DNA of 64,000 bases from Podarcis erhardii (Eukaryota): the NCBI GenBank assembly GCA_964252035.1, contig OZ176213.1, one strand, 5' to 3'. Made by a program: the position numbers and the translations under genes. The notes below the pieces were generated by a model that was not told the DNA's origin, did not search any database, and saw only the letters and a program-made list of their open reading frames with translations. Shown piece by piece: positions 32,533 to 41,100 of this stretch (positions are counted from its first letter, which is position 1; every line of letters starts with the position of its first letter).

Positions 32533-35500
32533 CCATCATATGGATATCATCCTGAGTGATCCAAGGGAGGGAGGTTGAAGCCAGGATATGTGCTGGCTCT
32601 TTATTCTGAAGGGAACTTGACTGGCCTGGGAAAGGTGGCAGTTGAATGCAGCTCAAAGTATTTCTCGTATCTGAAGGCTCATTCTCAATTCTCAAATCTG
32701 CTTCCCCCGCAGTGCCTTCAGTTCCCATTTGTTACCTTCTTGCCAAATCATCATTCCAGTCACAGCATCCCCACTCCAGAATGTCCCTGCTATAGTAAAG
32801 CCATAAAGCTAAAATGCTCCTTCTTTCATAGTGGCTTTTTCTCGCTCACTTGTTGAAATGCAGCCATTCCTTTCCTTAACACTTGTGGCTCCAGCTCTGC
32901 TAATCCTTTCTAGATACACTTTTTTTGAGGGGGGGGTGCTGCTGAAGGCTCTAGCTGAGAGCTCTAGCTTCCCCTGTTCTCAGCTGCAAGCTTTCTCAAC
33001 TCCTCTTTGTCACATCCACTCCTTGCCTCCCTCCCACTTTGGCAGAGCGGGACCCTCAAGACAGCTCTGCTGGACTACATCAAGCGCTGTCGCCCGGGGG
33101 ACAGCGAGAAGCACAACATGATTGCCCTCTGCTTCAGCATGTGCCGAGAGATTGGGGAGAACCACGAGGCGGCAGCCAACACCCAGCTGAAGCTCATTGA
33201 ATCCCAGCCGTGGGGTAAGTTGCCAGACCAATGGGTAGTGGGTAGATGGGCAGTCTCTGTATTCTCGGGGCTCATCTGACACTTCGGCAGTCTGATGGGG
33301 AGGAAGATGTCTGCCTGAAGAGGAATGAACTCCTTTGCCAGCCTGGTGCTGTTCAGATAGTTTGGACTACAATTCTCACCAGCTCCAGCTAAAGAGGAGC
33401 CAGTATACTCCAGACATGCAGAGAGCCTACCTGTCGAGGATAACAGGTGCTCAACACCCTGGTTCCTTATTCACCTTTTGTGAAGAAGGAGATGTGATGG
33501 AACCGCAAGAGCAGATCCATAGTTTAAGGAAGCAACTGTATCATTCTAGACCCCAAAATTCTACAGGCCCTAAAACTGACTGTTCGTCCTAGCAGTATGA
33601 AATTTAGCATGGGGAATCTGTTCAGTAAGGTGTATGATATGGCTAAATTTCAGAAAAATCAGGCAATGTCCAGTTGAGCCACAGCAAGTTTAAAACTTGG
33701 CATTAGGGAGGCCTATACCTGAAAGTACACATTGCCCTGAATCAGCCTAGGTTGATCTAGTGAAAGGCATAATCTGTTTGCTTTGTGCCTATCGTTTGAG
33801 TCCTCACTGAGGTGCCTGGATTGGCTTTGGTGGATACATCTTTGGTTCACTTGCTACCTCTCTTCCCTCCCTCTGGATTTGGCATTTGGTTCTGTATTTG
33901 CTGCCTTCTCCCCATGAAGGTATTCAGCACCTCTTTCCTTTTCAGAGGAGTGCCTGCAGGATGTGCCCAATCTGAAGAAGCTCCTGATGAAAGCCCTGAC
34001 CCTCTACATAGATGCTGCAGAAAGCTATTCCAAGGCAAGATGGGAGTGGGATTGAGTGAAGGTGGAAAGGCGTGCGGCAGGGCCTTGTTTGTGTTTGCTT
34101 CAGGGATTGATGTGTCCCGTAGAGTTACAGAGGTGGCATCAGATGTGAGAAGAGGGCTGTGACCAGCGAGATGTTTGCAAGTGTGTGTGTGGAGGAGGGA
34201 AGGCAGTTGCAGCCACTTAGCTTCATCCGTGCGTCTTTGACTCCCTTCTCTTAGGACTTCTGTGTGCGCCAGTCCTTGCGCTGCAACAGGCTGACAAAGC
34301 TCATCACCCTGCAACTCCACTTCCTGAACAGCAGCCACAGCACCAAGCTGATCAATCTGAGCAGGAAGAGCCTGCTGGAGTGTATCATGTCCCTGCCCAG
34401 GTTCTACCAGGTAAGGATGCCAGGCACCATCACAAGAGCCTGTAGTGTCCTATGGATGGAAGGACAGAGTTCACATTCCTGGGAGGGTAATGTCAGCTGG
34501 CATTTCTCTTCCGTCTCTCCCCAGGCTGCCATTGTGGCTGAGGCCTACGACTTCATCCCAGACTGGGCTGAGGTCCTGTATCAGCATGTGATCTTGAAGG
34601 GAGACTTCAGCTACCTGGAGGAGTACAAGCAGCGTGGCCTGCTCAAGACCAGCACCTTTGAGGAAATAGCCCGGAAGTGAGTCCAAGGGAACCATTTGCA
34701 GCCGACTACTCCCAGTGGGAGACAATCCCCAAATCAGGCTTTCTATAGAGTCAAGATCCTCACTCTAATCCTTGGTTGCTGGTTGCAATCCTGCAAGTTG
34801 AAATACAAGCAAAGCAGAGAGCTTTTAAGCTCTCTGCTGTGCTTGAGAAGCAGGGCTCACTCCAGAAGGTTCACACAGGAGCGGTTCCAAGGTTTATATA
34901 TAGGACCCTTGGAACCAACCCCCCACCCTGGTAAATTGCAGTGATACAGTGGTGCCTCGCAAGACGAAAAGAATCCGTTCCGCGAGTCTCTTCGTCTTGC
35001 GGTTTTTTTCGTCTTGCGAAGCAAGCCCATTAGCGGCTTAGCGGATCAGCTGTTAAGCGGCTTAGCGGATCAGCTGTTAAGCGGCTTAGCGGCTTAGAAA
35101 AGGGGGGGAGGGGGAAAAACCCGCAGGAACTCGCAAGACATTTTCGTCTTGCGAAGCAAGCCCATAGGAAATTCATTTTGCGAAGCACCTCCAAAACTGA
35201 AAACCCGTTCGTTTAGCGGGTTTTCCGTCTTGTGAGGCATTCGTCTTGCGGGGCACCACTGTACTGTATGTACTGAAAGAGTTCTCCCTCCACTGGGTAC
35301 CTTTTTGTCCCAAGGGCAACACCTTTCTCCCCTGCTGCACTTAGGTGGCAGGTAGAAGTGGGATCCTGTCAGAGGGCAGAGTGGGGGGGATGAGGCTTAT
35401 GTCTAACGCCTCTGTGATCTTCTGCTCCAGGTTCAAGCAGCACACAGGCAATGAGCCTGCTCTGAAAAACCTGAAGCGGCTGCTGACCTACTGCGATGAC

Positions 35501-35611
35501 ATATATGTGTATTACAAGCTGGCTTATGACAACCAGTTCAGCGACGTAGTGAACACGCTTCTAAAAGATGCTCAGACAGGTTGTTGTCTGAAGGACCTGC
35601 TGGCCAACTAG
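1769..35611 (+). CDS. SPG11: Spatacsin (SPG11), complete gene span, 40 coding exons, 2431 aa
   Basis: 40 exons join into one open frame of 7296 nt; peptides match spatacsin as recalled (e.g. LFGLTQEEFLNRL, VRLLTGIGRYNEMTYIFDLL, SGTLKTALLDYIKRCRPGDSEKHNM); most exon lengths equal recalled human lengths; neighbour of EIF3J as in other amniotes. Confidence 0.97.
2698..2873 (-). mobile_element. 5'-truncated tRNA/CORE-type squamate SINE
   Basis: (AAG)n tail followed by gagtttggatttgatatcccgc...gtctcaaagcggctaac...ggcccaaggtcacccagc, resembling a common lizard SINE; family from memory. Confidence 0.6.
3603..3787 (+). CDS. SPG11: SPG11 exon 2
   Basis: ttcctag|C FTWESVEDED...KRKNI A|gtgagt; 185 nt. 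Confidence 0.93.
4125..4355 (+). CDS. SPG11: SPG11 exon 3
   Basis: catgcag|GT LSSITSLRVLSF...EESGWI T|gtatcctttt (U12-type donor). Confidence 0.92.
4356..5863 (+). other. SPG11: U12-type (minor spliceosome) GT-AG intron 3 of SPG11
   Basis: 5' end GTATCCTTTT; branch site TTCCTTGAC at 5843-5851, 12 nt before the end of the intron; no polypyrimidine tract; frame continuity WI-Y-IFD. Confidence 0.9.
4765..5328. mobile_element. Non-autonomous hAT-like DNA transposon
   Basis: Termini cagtgattttcaaac / aggttgaaaacctctg are imperfect inverted repeats; 8-bp TSD gcctgagg / gcctgaga (7 of 8). Confidence 0.7.
5864..6059 (+). CDS. SPG11: SPG11 exon 4
   Basis: gcaaag|AT IFDATDGAYLAHVD...DLHVYF AA|gtaggt. 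Confidence 0.92.
6430..6567 (+). CDS. SPG11: SPG11 exon 5
   Basis: ccgcag|A EYPEHLICKK...HPFRTD AG|gtatgt; 138 nt. Confidence 0.93.
6944..7392 (+). CDS. SPG11: SPG11 exon 6
   Basis: tttccag|A SWKAHLSSLF...LCPILS G|gtgagc; 449 nt. Confidence 0.93.
7584..7729 (+). CDS. SPG11: SPG11 exon 7
   Basis: ccttag|AG PGLSLVLFGLTQEEFLNRL...IHALE|gtaaag. Confidence 0.95.
8449..8581 (+). CDS. SPG11: SPG11 exon 8
   Basis: gtttag|AGLENRQLDTVDFFLKNKE...DFYLK A|gtaagt. Confidence 0.95.
8651..8780. mobile_element. Degenerate palindromic MITE (GGACTACAACTCCCATCA-core family)
   Basis: Two arms ccttccagatattttggactac...cccatcag / ctgatggcaatccaaaacatctggaaag; similar to the intact copy at 40975. Confidence 0.55.
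9074..9229 (+). CDS. SPG11: SPG11 exon 9
   Basis: cacacag|GC MEELTPALDLLC...ICIHRE G|gtaacg. Confidence 0.94.
10055..10233 (+). CDS. SPG11: SPG11 exon 10
   Basis: ttcacag|AA LDENLDRCVAIL...EKFNTE|gtaact. Confidence 0.93.
10688..10770 (-). mobile_element. CR1 LINE 3' terminal fragment
   Basis: atcatagaattgtagggttgaaagggaccccaagggtcatctagttcagccccctgcaatgcagg, the reverse complement of a typical CR1 3' end; repeated several times in the window. Confidence 0.7.
10948..11124 (+). CDS. SPG11: SPG11 exon 11
   Basis: ctttcag|QTVAEAILNNKLPEAQTFFR...LLRNM|gtgagt. Confidence 0.95.
11391..11644. mobile_element. Tc1/mariner-pogo (Tigger-like) MITE
   Basis: TA|cagtcataccttgag ... cccaaggtaccactg|TA; imperfect TIRs, TA target duplication, CpG-rich interior. 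Confidence 0.7.
12098..12169 (+). CDS. SPG11: SPG11 exon 12
   Basis: tgccag|GFIVMEQLRKICFYVTDHRVRDFL|gtgagt; 72 nt. Confidence 0.95.
12552..12679 (+). CDS. SPG11: SPG11 exon 13
   Basis: ctctcaag|VNILKEENYFSEAEKE...TTAQP AG|gtaata. Confidence 0.94.
13023..13195 (+). CDS. SPG11: SPG11 exon 14 (GC donor)
   Basis: ttttcag|T SWRKEQDLS...LLPMQSPE G|gcaagt; phase 1 required by exon 15. Confidence 0.9.
13884..14082 (+). CDS. SPG11: SPG11 exon 15
   Basis: cacacag|AA RKSCDPEVLW...EILDNLA AG|gtatgt. Confidence 0.9.
14538..14741 (+). CDS. SPG11: SPG11 exon 16
   Basis: ttggtag|C NGIFVPVELEDFECLL...YLDYY AG|gtagga. Confidence 0.94.
14830..15067. mobile_element. hAT-type MITE nested in another MITE
   Basis: Perfect 12-bp TIR catagctgtcaa / ttgacagctatg; perfect 8-bp TSD gttgtagt (14822-14829, 15068-15075); internal tcccttattt repeats. 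Confidence 0.85.
15470..15576 (+). CDS. SPG11: SPG11 exon 17
   Basis: tttgcag|T LFPSNCPLLDDKALHEAHPWFEFLVRCR... G|gtagga. Confidence 0.95.
15855..15945. repeat. Local tandem duplication
   Basis: tttaggtttctgcaatgtgc occurs three times (15862, 15891, 15918); 35-bp identical copies at 15855-15889 and 15911-15945. Confidence 0.85.
16380..16444. repeat. Compound (TAG)n(TAA)n microsatellite
   Basis: Read directly from the sequence. Confidence 0.95.
16556..16701 (+). CDS. SPG11: SPG11 exon 18
   Basis: cctccag|AT ANKIFQASLANAQILIPSNQAS...GGIDQ|gtatgc. Confidence 0.95.
16927..17079 (+). CDS. SPG11: SPG11 exon 19
   Basis: attgtag|VLQNGDGGEKVDAQLFRMALAPYPKL...YHLVQ|gtataa. Confidence 0.94.
17112..17432 (-). 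mobile_element. CR1 LINE 3' fragment (internally deleted)
   Basis: atagaatcatagaattgtagggttggaagg... then ccttctcttccaggctaaac...ctcataagacttgg...tccttcttaaactgtggtgcccag, typical of reverse CR1 3' region. Confidence 0.75.
18305..18560. mobile_element. hAT/Charlie-like MITE
   Basis: Termini caggggtcagcaaac / gtttgcctacccatg; no clean TSD. Confidence 0.65.
18907..18973 (+). CDS. SPG11: SPG11 exon 20
   Basis: ttttcag|ALVPFDPTKLFGWQSANTLVIP G|gtaggt. Confidence 0.95.
21174..21339 (+). CDS. SPG11: SPG11 exon 21
   Basis: tctttag|AT TCSDLPHFSS...KSKTPKQ CT|gtgagt. Confidence 0.95.
21648..21853 (+). CDS. SPG11: SPG11 exon 22
   Basis: tccctag|G IQQAGNDAY...SIRQSL G|gtagcg. Confidence 0.93.
22167..24015 (+). 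mobile_element. Full-length non-autonomous L1-type retroposon (1849 bp) with a single ORF and no RT
   Basis: 17-bp TSD aagtattctgcagccac (22150-22166, 24016-24032); 5' start GGACTTCCGGG; CpG-rich leader; A-rich ORF; G-rich 3' tract gaggagggggtggggggaagtc; AATAAA at 23989-23994 then poly(A) from 24003. Confidence 0.88.
22977..23552 (+). CDS. 191-aa ORF of the retroposon (acidic, possibly coiled-coil; ORF1-like position)
   Basis: Uninterrupted ORF with Kozak acaATGg (MAAEGKLLAEIEKMFFLVGILQE...DVRNPG*); no RRM, endonuclease or RT motifs recognised. Confidence 0.6.
   Translation: MAAEGKLLAEIEKMFFLVGILQEQSMALSKVFMTLNPETNNSAECTKEMYDKNSAAEQEEMPLELTEKKEGVQTLQVENINQESAALEYEQEDLWITDLRKMRKKKREAPGVLGILKLERTKQYDWDFSLEYGKLDGLSQQTLFNILNERKYDLTLTELLRGLRTIKEDYQYSWQRGTDRESDASDVRNPG
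24060..24168 (+). CDS. SPG11: SPG11 exon 23
   Basis: tttgcag|TT EKLTQLAEGEK...HQEIS AA|gtgagt. Confidence 0.95.
24961..25010. repeat. (AAT)n microsatellite
   Basis: Read directly from the sequence. Confidence 0.95.
25135..25294 (+). CDS. SPG11: SPG11 exon 24
   Basis: cccatag|G TSSEARKQWSLVAQFCRLH...YQPSE|gtaagg. Confidence 0.95.
25689..25952 (+). CDS. SPG11: SPG11 exon 25
   Basis: tccccag|VVPILQEFPPPLQDHLRLA...LAACFQ|gtaaga. Confidence 0.93.
26131..26331 (+). CDS. SPG11: SPG11 exon 26
   Basis: ttggaag|DTSIIHCLCVWLITS...GFQFFLK|gtaact; 201 nt, weak acceptor. Confidence 0.9.
26440..26475. repeat. (TG)n microsatellite
   Basis: Read directly from the sequence. Confidence 0.95.
26720..26827 (+). 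CDS. SPG11: SPG11 exon 27
   Basis: tattcag|DSPLLMILELYELCM...ASISR|gtaagc. Confidence 0.95.
27146..27308 (+). CDS. SPG11: SPG11 exon 28
   Basis: tgcacag|LQALPEGPP...TVLPH G|gtacgg. Confidence 0.93.
28086..28300 (+). CDS. SPG11: SPG11 exon 29
   Basis: gcttag|GG PDMKKLSAL...DNVVIQE|gtgggc. Confidence 0.94.
28833..29604 (+). CDS. SPG11: SPG11 exon 30
   Basis: tttgcag|VLQNIHLLQQIGHW...KKKSLS A|gtaagt; 772 nt. Confidence 0.95.
29896..29995 (-). mobile_element. Degenerate CR1 3' fragment
   Basis: catagaatcatggcagtgtcgagttgaagggatccaaagggtcatcta... Confidence 0.55.
30165..30307 (+). CDS. SPG11: SPG11 exon 31
   Basis: ttttcag|CC SSLESWSFV...LFELSK|gtgtgt. Confidence 0.92.
30475..30676 (+). CDS. 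SPG11: SPG11 exon 32 (alternative GC donor would end at 30673)
   Basis: tttgcag|ELGCPFSEIS...LQGKG A|gtgagt. Confidence 0.9.
30849..30986 (+). CDS. SPG11: SPG11 exon 33 (alternative in-frame start at 30807)
   Basis: tatacag|AA QKQILNPAEES...HGELAC A|gtaagt. Confidence 0.9.
31664..31797 (+). CDS. SPG11: SPG11 exon 34
   Basis: ttttcag|CT TELLILAHNCF...EEYGLV|gtatgt. Confidence 0.96.
32260..32367 (+). CDS. SPG11: SPG11 exon 35
   Basis: ccaaag|VRLLTGIGRYNEMTYIFDLLHEKHYFEVLMRKKLDP|gtgagt. Confidence 0.97.
32479..32534. repeat. Compound (TC)n(TGCC)n microsatellite
   Basis: Read directly from the sequence. Confidence 0.95.
33046..33214 (+). CDS. SPG11: SPG11 exon 36
   Basis: tggcag|SGTLKTALLDYIKRCRPGDSEKHNM...ESQPW G|gtaagt. 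Confidence 0.97.
33946..34034 (+). CDS. SPG11: SPG11 exon 37 (GC donor)
   Basis: ttttcag|AG ECLQDVPNLKKLLMKALTLYIDAAESYSK|gcaaga; 89 nt. Confidence 0.92.
34255..34410 (+). CDS. SPG11: SPG11 exon 38
   Basis: ctcttag|DFCVRQSLRCNRLTKLITLQ...PRFYQ|gtaagg. Confidence 0.96.
34525..34676 (+). CDS. SPG11: SPG11 exon 39
   Basis: tccccag|AAIVAEAYDF...EEIAR AA|gtgagt. Confidence 0.96.
34947..35261. mobile_element. Tc1/mariner-pogo (Tigger-like) MITE
   Basis: TA|cagtggtgcctcgcaagacga ... tcgtcttgcggggcaccactg|TA; 21-bp TIR with one mismatch; internal tandem agcggcttagcggatcagctgtta repeats. Confidence 0.88.
35431..35611 (+). CDS. SPG11: SPG11 exon 40 (last coding exon)
   Basis: gctccag|G FKQHTGNE...TGCCLKDLLAN TAG. 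Confidence 0.96.
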
Positions 35612-36628
35612 ACGATGCTTGGGAGAAAGAAGAGCCACAGCCATCACTGGTGGTGTAGGAAACTCCGGTCAGTATAGGCAGGGGTTTGTGCAGAAGCGGA
35701 TACATTTGTTTCAGTATCTGAAACGTGCAACAAAGCGGACGACAGCATTAATCAATGGTATGAAATGGTGAGGAATATTAACCACAGGGTTGGTTTCGAG
35801 TTAATTTGACAGTTGAAGTTAGAACTTTTTATTAGGAGAGAGCTTTTCTCTCTGGGAATCCTTGTGTTGAATATAGAGGTTACTTAAAAACTAAGCTGGC
35901 TCTTGAAGCTGCAGCTGAGTTTCTGGGTTACAAAATGATGAGGGCAGGCTTTCTCTTCGGTAACCTCTCTCCCTTGCATATTGCTGGATGATATGAATAT
36001 CTGGAGAACCATTTGCTGTCTAAAAATATTTTTTTGTGCAGATTTAATATTGAACATATGGTATAAACTTTGCCATACCTGCTTTTCCCTGGTTATGTAT
36101 AATTTAATGTTCTCAAAGTATTTCGGGTACAAGGTAGGTGGAGTGTCATAGAAACTTGGAGGCACTATCTGAGAGTGCTGAGCTCCTCTAACCCTTACGA
36201 CTCCAGTGCATGAGCTGTTCTTGCTCATTTCTGCAAAGCTGTTCCTTAGCCAACACCAGTGCCCAGCTTTTACTATCTTTCAGAATGAGCGTCAACAAGA
36301 GTGGCACTGTGTGTTTTTGTCCGTAGGAAGGTAGCTAAATGAGGAGTGTTTATAGAAATGGTCTTCCAATGTTTCTAAAGTCACCAATACAGCTTGAGCT
36401 ATGGCGGTGTATACTTGTGTGAAGACTACAGAACATTACAAGGCTCCCTGTAGTTGGGGAATATAGTGAGCCAAAGAAGCTCTTCTGGGGAAAGAAATCT
36501 CTGCTTGACTACAATTCTTGCTTGCTCCTCAAATACATATCCATTTGCAAGCTTGTAGCTGTTAGTGGGGGAAAATCAAAAGTGATAGGAAGAAAGAAAA
36601 CATGGCAACCTCTTACAGGTTGATGGTT

Positions 36629-36658
36629 TTTATTGCTTTTTGGCGAATTAAAATTAAA
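36629..36658. terminator. Cluster of opposed candidate poly(A) signals for EIF3J (-) and SPG11 (+)
   Basis: AATAAA on - at 36629-36634; ATTAAA on + at 36647-36652 and 36653-36658; I found no + strand AATAAA between the SPG11 stop and here. Confidence 0.4.
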
Positions 36659-37970
36659 TCTTCCCATAAGCATCTGATTAAATAACAGCCTTTTGACCCT
36701 AGAGAGCAGGGGTGGAGAAACTCTGGACATGATCCATTGCCCCCAAACCATGCCTGCCCACCAGTCTAGTCCCTCACCCTCACCTTGCTTACAGCAAGCC
36801 TGCCTAGCATCTCCCCATAGATCCATCCCACAAATAGCAATGGAAAGGAAGAGGGATATGGGTAGGATAAACACTACTAGTTGGCTTCTGGCTCTGCCCA
36901 AGCAGTCCTACTTCACTCCTCCCTGCTTCTCAGCCCCTTTGGACTTTTTTGGGGGGCAGGGATGGAGTCACTGCAGTTCACAAAAACTAAGACATCTGTT
37001 AGTCTTCTGTGGTGCCACAAGACTTTATGTCCTGTGATTAAACACCCTGCAGTGGGCTTGCCCCAATCCAGCAACAGTTCTTGCCCGAGGTGGAAGCACA
37101 ACCAAACCAAAGCTCTCAGTCCTCACAATAGTGATTTTATTAAATTAGTTGCTTTTATAAAACATTGCAGATGTCATAATTGTTAACATAACAATTTACC
37201 CAACTGTCGTAACTGTTGCAGTTTGCTAAGCAGGATTCCTGTAAATGAAAAAAGAAAAGAAAAGAAAAACAGCAAAGTCTTGTGAGAGCTCAACTAAAGC
37301 CACCACAAGCTGGTGACAAAGAATTCTCCCAAAGAGTCAGGAAAAAAATGTGTATAAACTAAACTGCTTAGACTTAAGCCACAAGTTCCCCCCGCCCAAT
37401 GCAACAGAACCAGCCTCTGTTCTGACCCAAAGAAAGGGTTATTTGCTGCTTTCAAAAGCTCCAATGTCGAAGTGCAGAATCTTCTCCCTCAGGCCATTTG
37501 CCAACCTAATGAAACACCTCAAGCTCTAGTTTAATAGATAAAAGCCATTTTTAATACTAAATACACACCATGCCCCCTTGCTGCAAACTGCTTTTGTTGT
37601 CTGGGTAGTCAGTGGAAGAGGTACAGTTAAGGCTGTTATGACTAAACTGTGCTGGTAAGAATACAATTTTGGCCTTGTTGAAATTAATTAGTTTCCAATT
37701 CAGTGCTGCTTCTGCTGCTATGAAGTCAAACATGAACAAAGTTCCATTATTTCCTATGATTAAGCAATTGAGCCTCATAATTTTACTCCCTTGGCATCGA
37801 GATGGGCATCCCAATGCTTCAGCAGCTGAGTGGCGACAGGCTAACCCAACAGCACAAATATACTGCCCTTTTTTTGATTGTAGCATTTGGCAGAATTTAA
37901 AGGAAAGAAGTTGTGCTACACATTTAAGGGATTATGGGCAACAGAAAGACAACAGGAGGGAGAAGAAATG

Positions 37971-38102
37971 TCACATGAAGTCTTCAAAGTCTTGTACATA
38001 GCCACCGTCATAACCACCATAGTCTGCCAGGTCATCTTTCATAGTCGCTTTTAAACCACCTCCAGGCACCACCCCCTTTTTCTTCTTTTTGGCTTTGTTT
38101 TG
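37971..38102 (-). CDS. EIF3J: EIF3J exon 8
   Basis: cccacag|QNKAKKKKKGVVPGGG...DFEDFM TGA. Confidence 0.97.
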   Translation of the reverse strand, partial: QNKAKKKKKGVVPGGGLKATMKDDLADYGGYDGGYVQDFEDFM

Positions 38103-41100
38103 CTGTGGGAAAGACAGAAGCAGTTTAGGAAGGGAACAATAAAGCCCAGCTTCAGCATTCCTACCCTCAGTTAGTGAAAAGAGAACAGCACTTTCTATAA
38201 ACACAGACTATGATTTATTTATTTCATGCCGTTTATATGCCACTAGATTCTTAAAAACAAACCCACCACCCGCAAAGCAGTTTACAAATAAAAGAATGGC
38301 CATTGCCTGAATTTTCTCTCATGGAGAAAGAGGTAGTCAATCACAGTATTCCGTACCATCTACTGACTATGTGTGTACAGTACTGTGTTTCACCAGAAAA
38401 ATTTATGGATTTAACTAGGCAATGAGAATCGAGAAATTGAACACATTAAACATGGCAATCTCGGGATGCTTCAGCAAAGGTATTGCAAAGATGCACGTGG
38501 TAAGAGGGAGATGGCAAAGAGTTCTAGCATCAATGCTTCCATTTAAATCATACAACCCTCCCCTGATCTAGCATGGTCCAGATGTATGGAACTACAGCTC
38601 CCATAATCCTGAGCCATTGGGACTGAGGGGGACTTGGGCGTCCGACCACACTTGAAGGGCACCCAATTGGGGAAAGTTGGATTAGCAAGTTAGAAAGGTG
38701 TAAGAACTGAATGCTACCACAGTCACTAGAAAGAAGCATTCTACAGACGCTCAGCATCACCTAGAGCAGGGGTCAGCAACCTAAGGCCCATGGGCAGGAA
38801 GCAGCCTGCAGAGGTTGTTTGACCAGCCCACGATCTGCCCCCGAACCCCGTTGCCTGCCCGCTGTGCTAAACTGGATCAGCGCAGGAACTCGTTTCTGCA
38901 GTGCCAGAAATCGCTTCTGCACACGTGTGAAATCCAGCCCAGGCAAGATAAACCTTGCCGACCCCTGACCTAGAGGGCACTCAACACAAACATTCTCAGA
39001 GGAAATATGCTCAAGACGTACCTTCTCTTGTTTCTGCTTCTCGCTGCATAGCACTGTCAAGGAATTTGTGATCTTTTTCAAGTCATCAACTTCCACTAAA
39101 TTGGAAATAAAAGCACAGTAAGGAGGGTCATTTATATGGCTTTCCAACCACTGGACCCAGTCTGTTTCTGTTACTGAATAACGGGATTCCTATTTACAAA
39201 ACAAGTGTGGCATTTTAGATCTCCACAGGAAGCCCCTTTCAGAAAAAAATGCTTCAGACGGAATGGAAAGAAGCCAAGGGAAAGAAGGGCTGAAGCTTAC
39301 TAGCAAAGCATTGTGGGTGTTCAGATGCTTGTGGCCACAGGTTCAGCCGCTGCCATCTCCAGGTTACAAGCATCTCAAATGCAGAGCTGAAAAAGACCCC
39401 TCTGCCAAGCAGGGTAGACAGCCCTGGGTCAATATTCCCAGGTCAAGGCGGCTCTTCCTTATACTGCTTGTAAGTGGAAAACAGGAGACAGATGAAATAA
39501 GCAATTGCTCACAAGCTCTCACATGATCTCTGAAAGGAAAACCCCTCAAGTCTCCCCCTTGGGGAGGCCGCCCAGCTGCTGTGACAGAGATATAAAGGGC
39601 AAGGCTGATCAGAGTGGCACAACCCAATCACAGAAAATATTTTAGGTGGTCATGTTGGTCCAGTAAATAGAGATTATAATCCCAAAACCCCTCAGGCAAT
39701 GCCGAATAGGACTAACTAAAATGCCACAAGGATGCTGACTGTTACGTAAAACAGCAAAACGGAGTAGAAGGGGAGCAAAGTGCAAAATAAGTCACAAAAA
39801 TGTCCAAAGTGCATATATTATTATATAGTTTGTAACAGTCTTCAGATGGAGCACAGGACATACTATACAGACTAAGAACACCAGTTTAACCCCACCTGAC
39901 CACCCAGCCTCTCTCAATTGATCCCCATTTTATCTCTTCTACATGTTTAGAAGAGCAATGCAAATTTGTGATAAACATACTTACGTGAAATACATACATC
40001 TCGAACTAATGCTTCCAAAAAACCAGCATAATATAGGGATTTCTCATACTGTGTTATTTTCTCTTTTAACAATTTGCCGAACTCCGTGAAGTCATCTTTG
40101 GAAGATGGATTCATGGCATCTATTCCACACGTGCTATTTACACCTGTAGAAAGAACAGCCAATTGATCAGAGTGGTGTTGGAGACAGGGTGGCAAAAATC
40201 AATTACCTTTCTGTGGTGCCCAGAAGTGAGGGGCAAACCCACCCACCCCATTTCAAGTATCAGGCTCCCTGGTGGCAAATGTGACAACAGAACATCCTTG
40301 TGTATTCCATACATGTCCCCGCAGCAGTCTCTCAACACTTACCAAAGGTTTCTTTTGCTAACTCAAGGTCTGCCTCTTCTTGCAATTTCTGCAGCCGTAG
40401 TTTGTCTGCTAACTGTTCTTCTGGCGTAAGTTCTTTAGATTCTTCCGATTCCTCTAACTTGAAAGAAGTAATAAAATCAAGATCAATTACATGCAGCAGC
40501 TCTTTTATCAATGCTGCTTAATAAACTAAATATGGAAGCCAATGTGGGTTTTAGAAAGCTTGGCATTCACATAGTGAGCAAACAATGGGAATATTTTGGA
40601 TCTTTACTTTAATGTCCTTACATGAACACCCCCTCTAGAAAAAAAATTTGACCACTTAGTTGAGCATGCCAGGGTACCACAAACAGGTTTAACTCTTCAC
40701 TATATTTAAAAAAGTGAAACGTCAAAAATAATTGCATGTTTATATAACTAAGCAACAACATAGCAAAAATTGCAGTCTAGTATGAAACAAAATGTTTTTT
40801 TAAATCCCCCAGCTACTACTGGAAATGGATAGTCATGGGAGACTGTAATAACACTGCTTCTACAGGGTCAAATTGACCGCCCCCTTTTTTTGCACAAGTT
40901 AGCTTTTCAGTCAGTCATTTGTGTCCATCACTAGGCACAACAATGATGAAAAACAAGATAAAATACCTCTAAAGCAGGCATAGGCAAACTCTGCCCTCCA
41001 GATGTTTTGGGACTACAACTCCCATCATCCCTGACCACTGGTCCTGTTAGCTAGGGATGATGGGAGTTGTAGTCCCAAAAACATCTGGAGGGCAGAGTTT

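Noticed and set aside
34947-35100. Short direct repeats resembling a CRISPR array
   Set aside because: Eukaryotic DNA; the repeats are contiguous without unique spacers and lie inside a TIR-bounded MITE.
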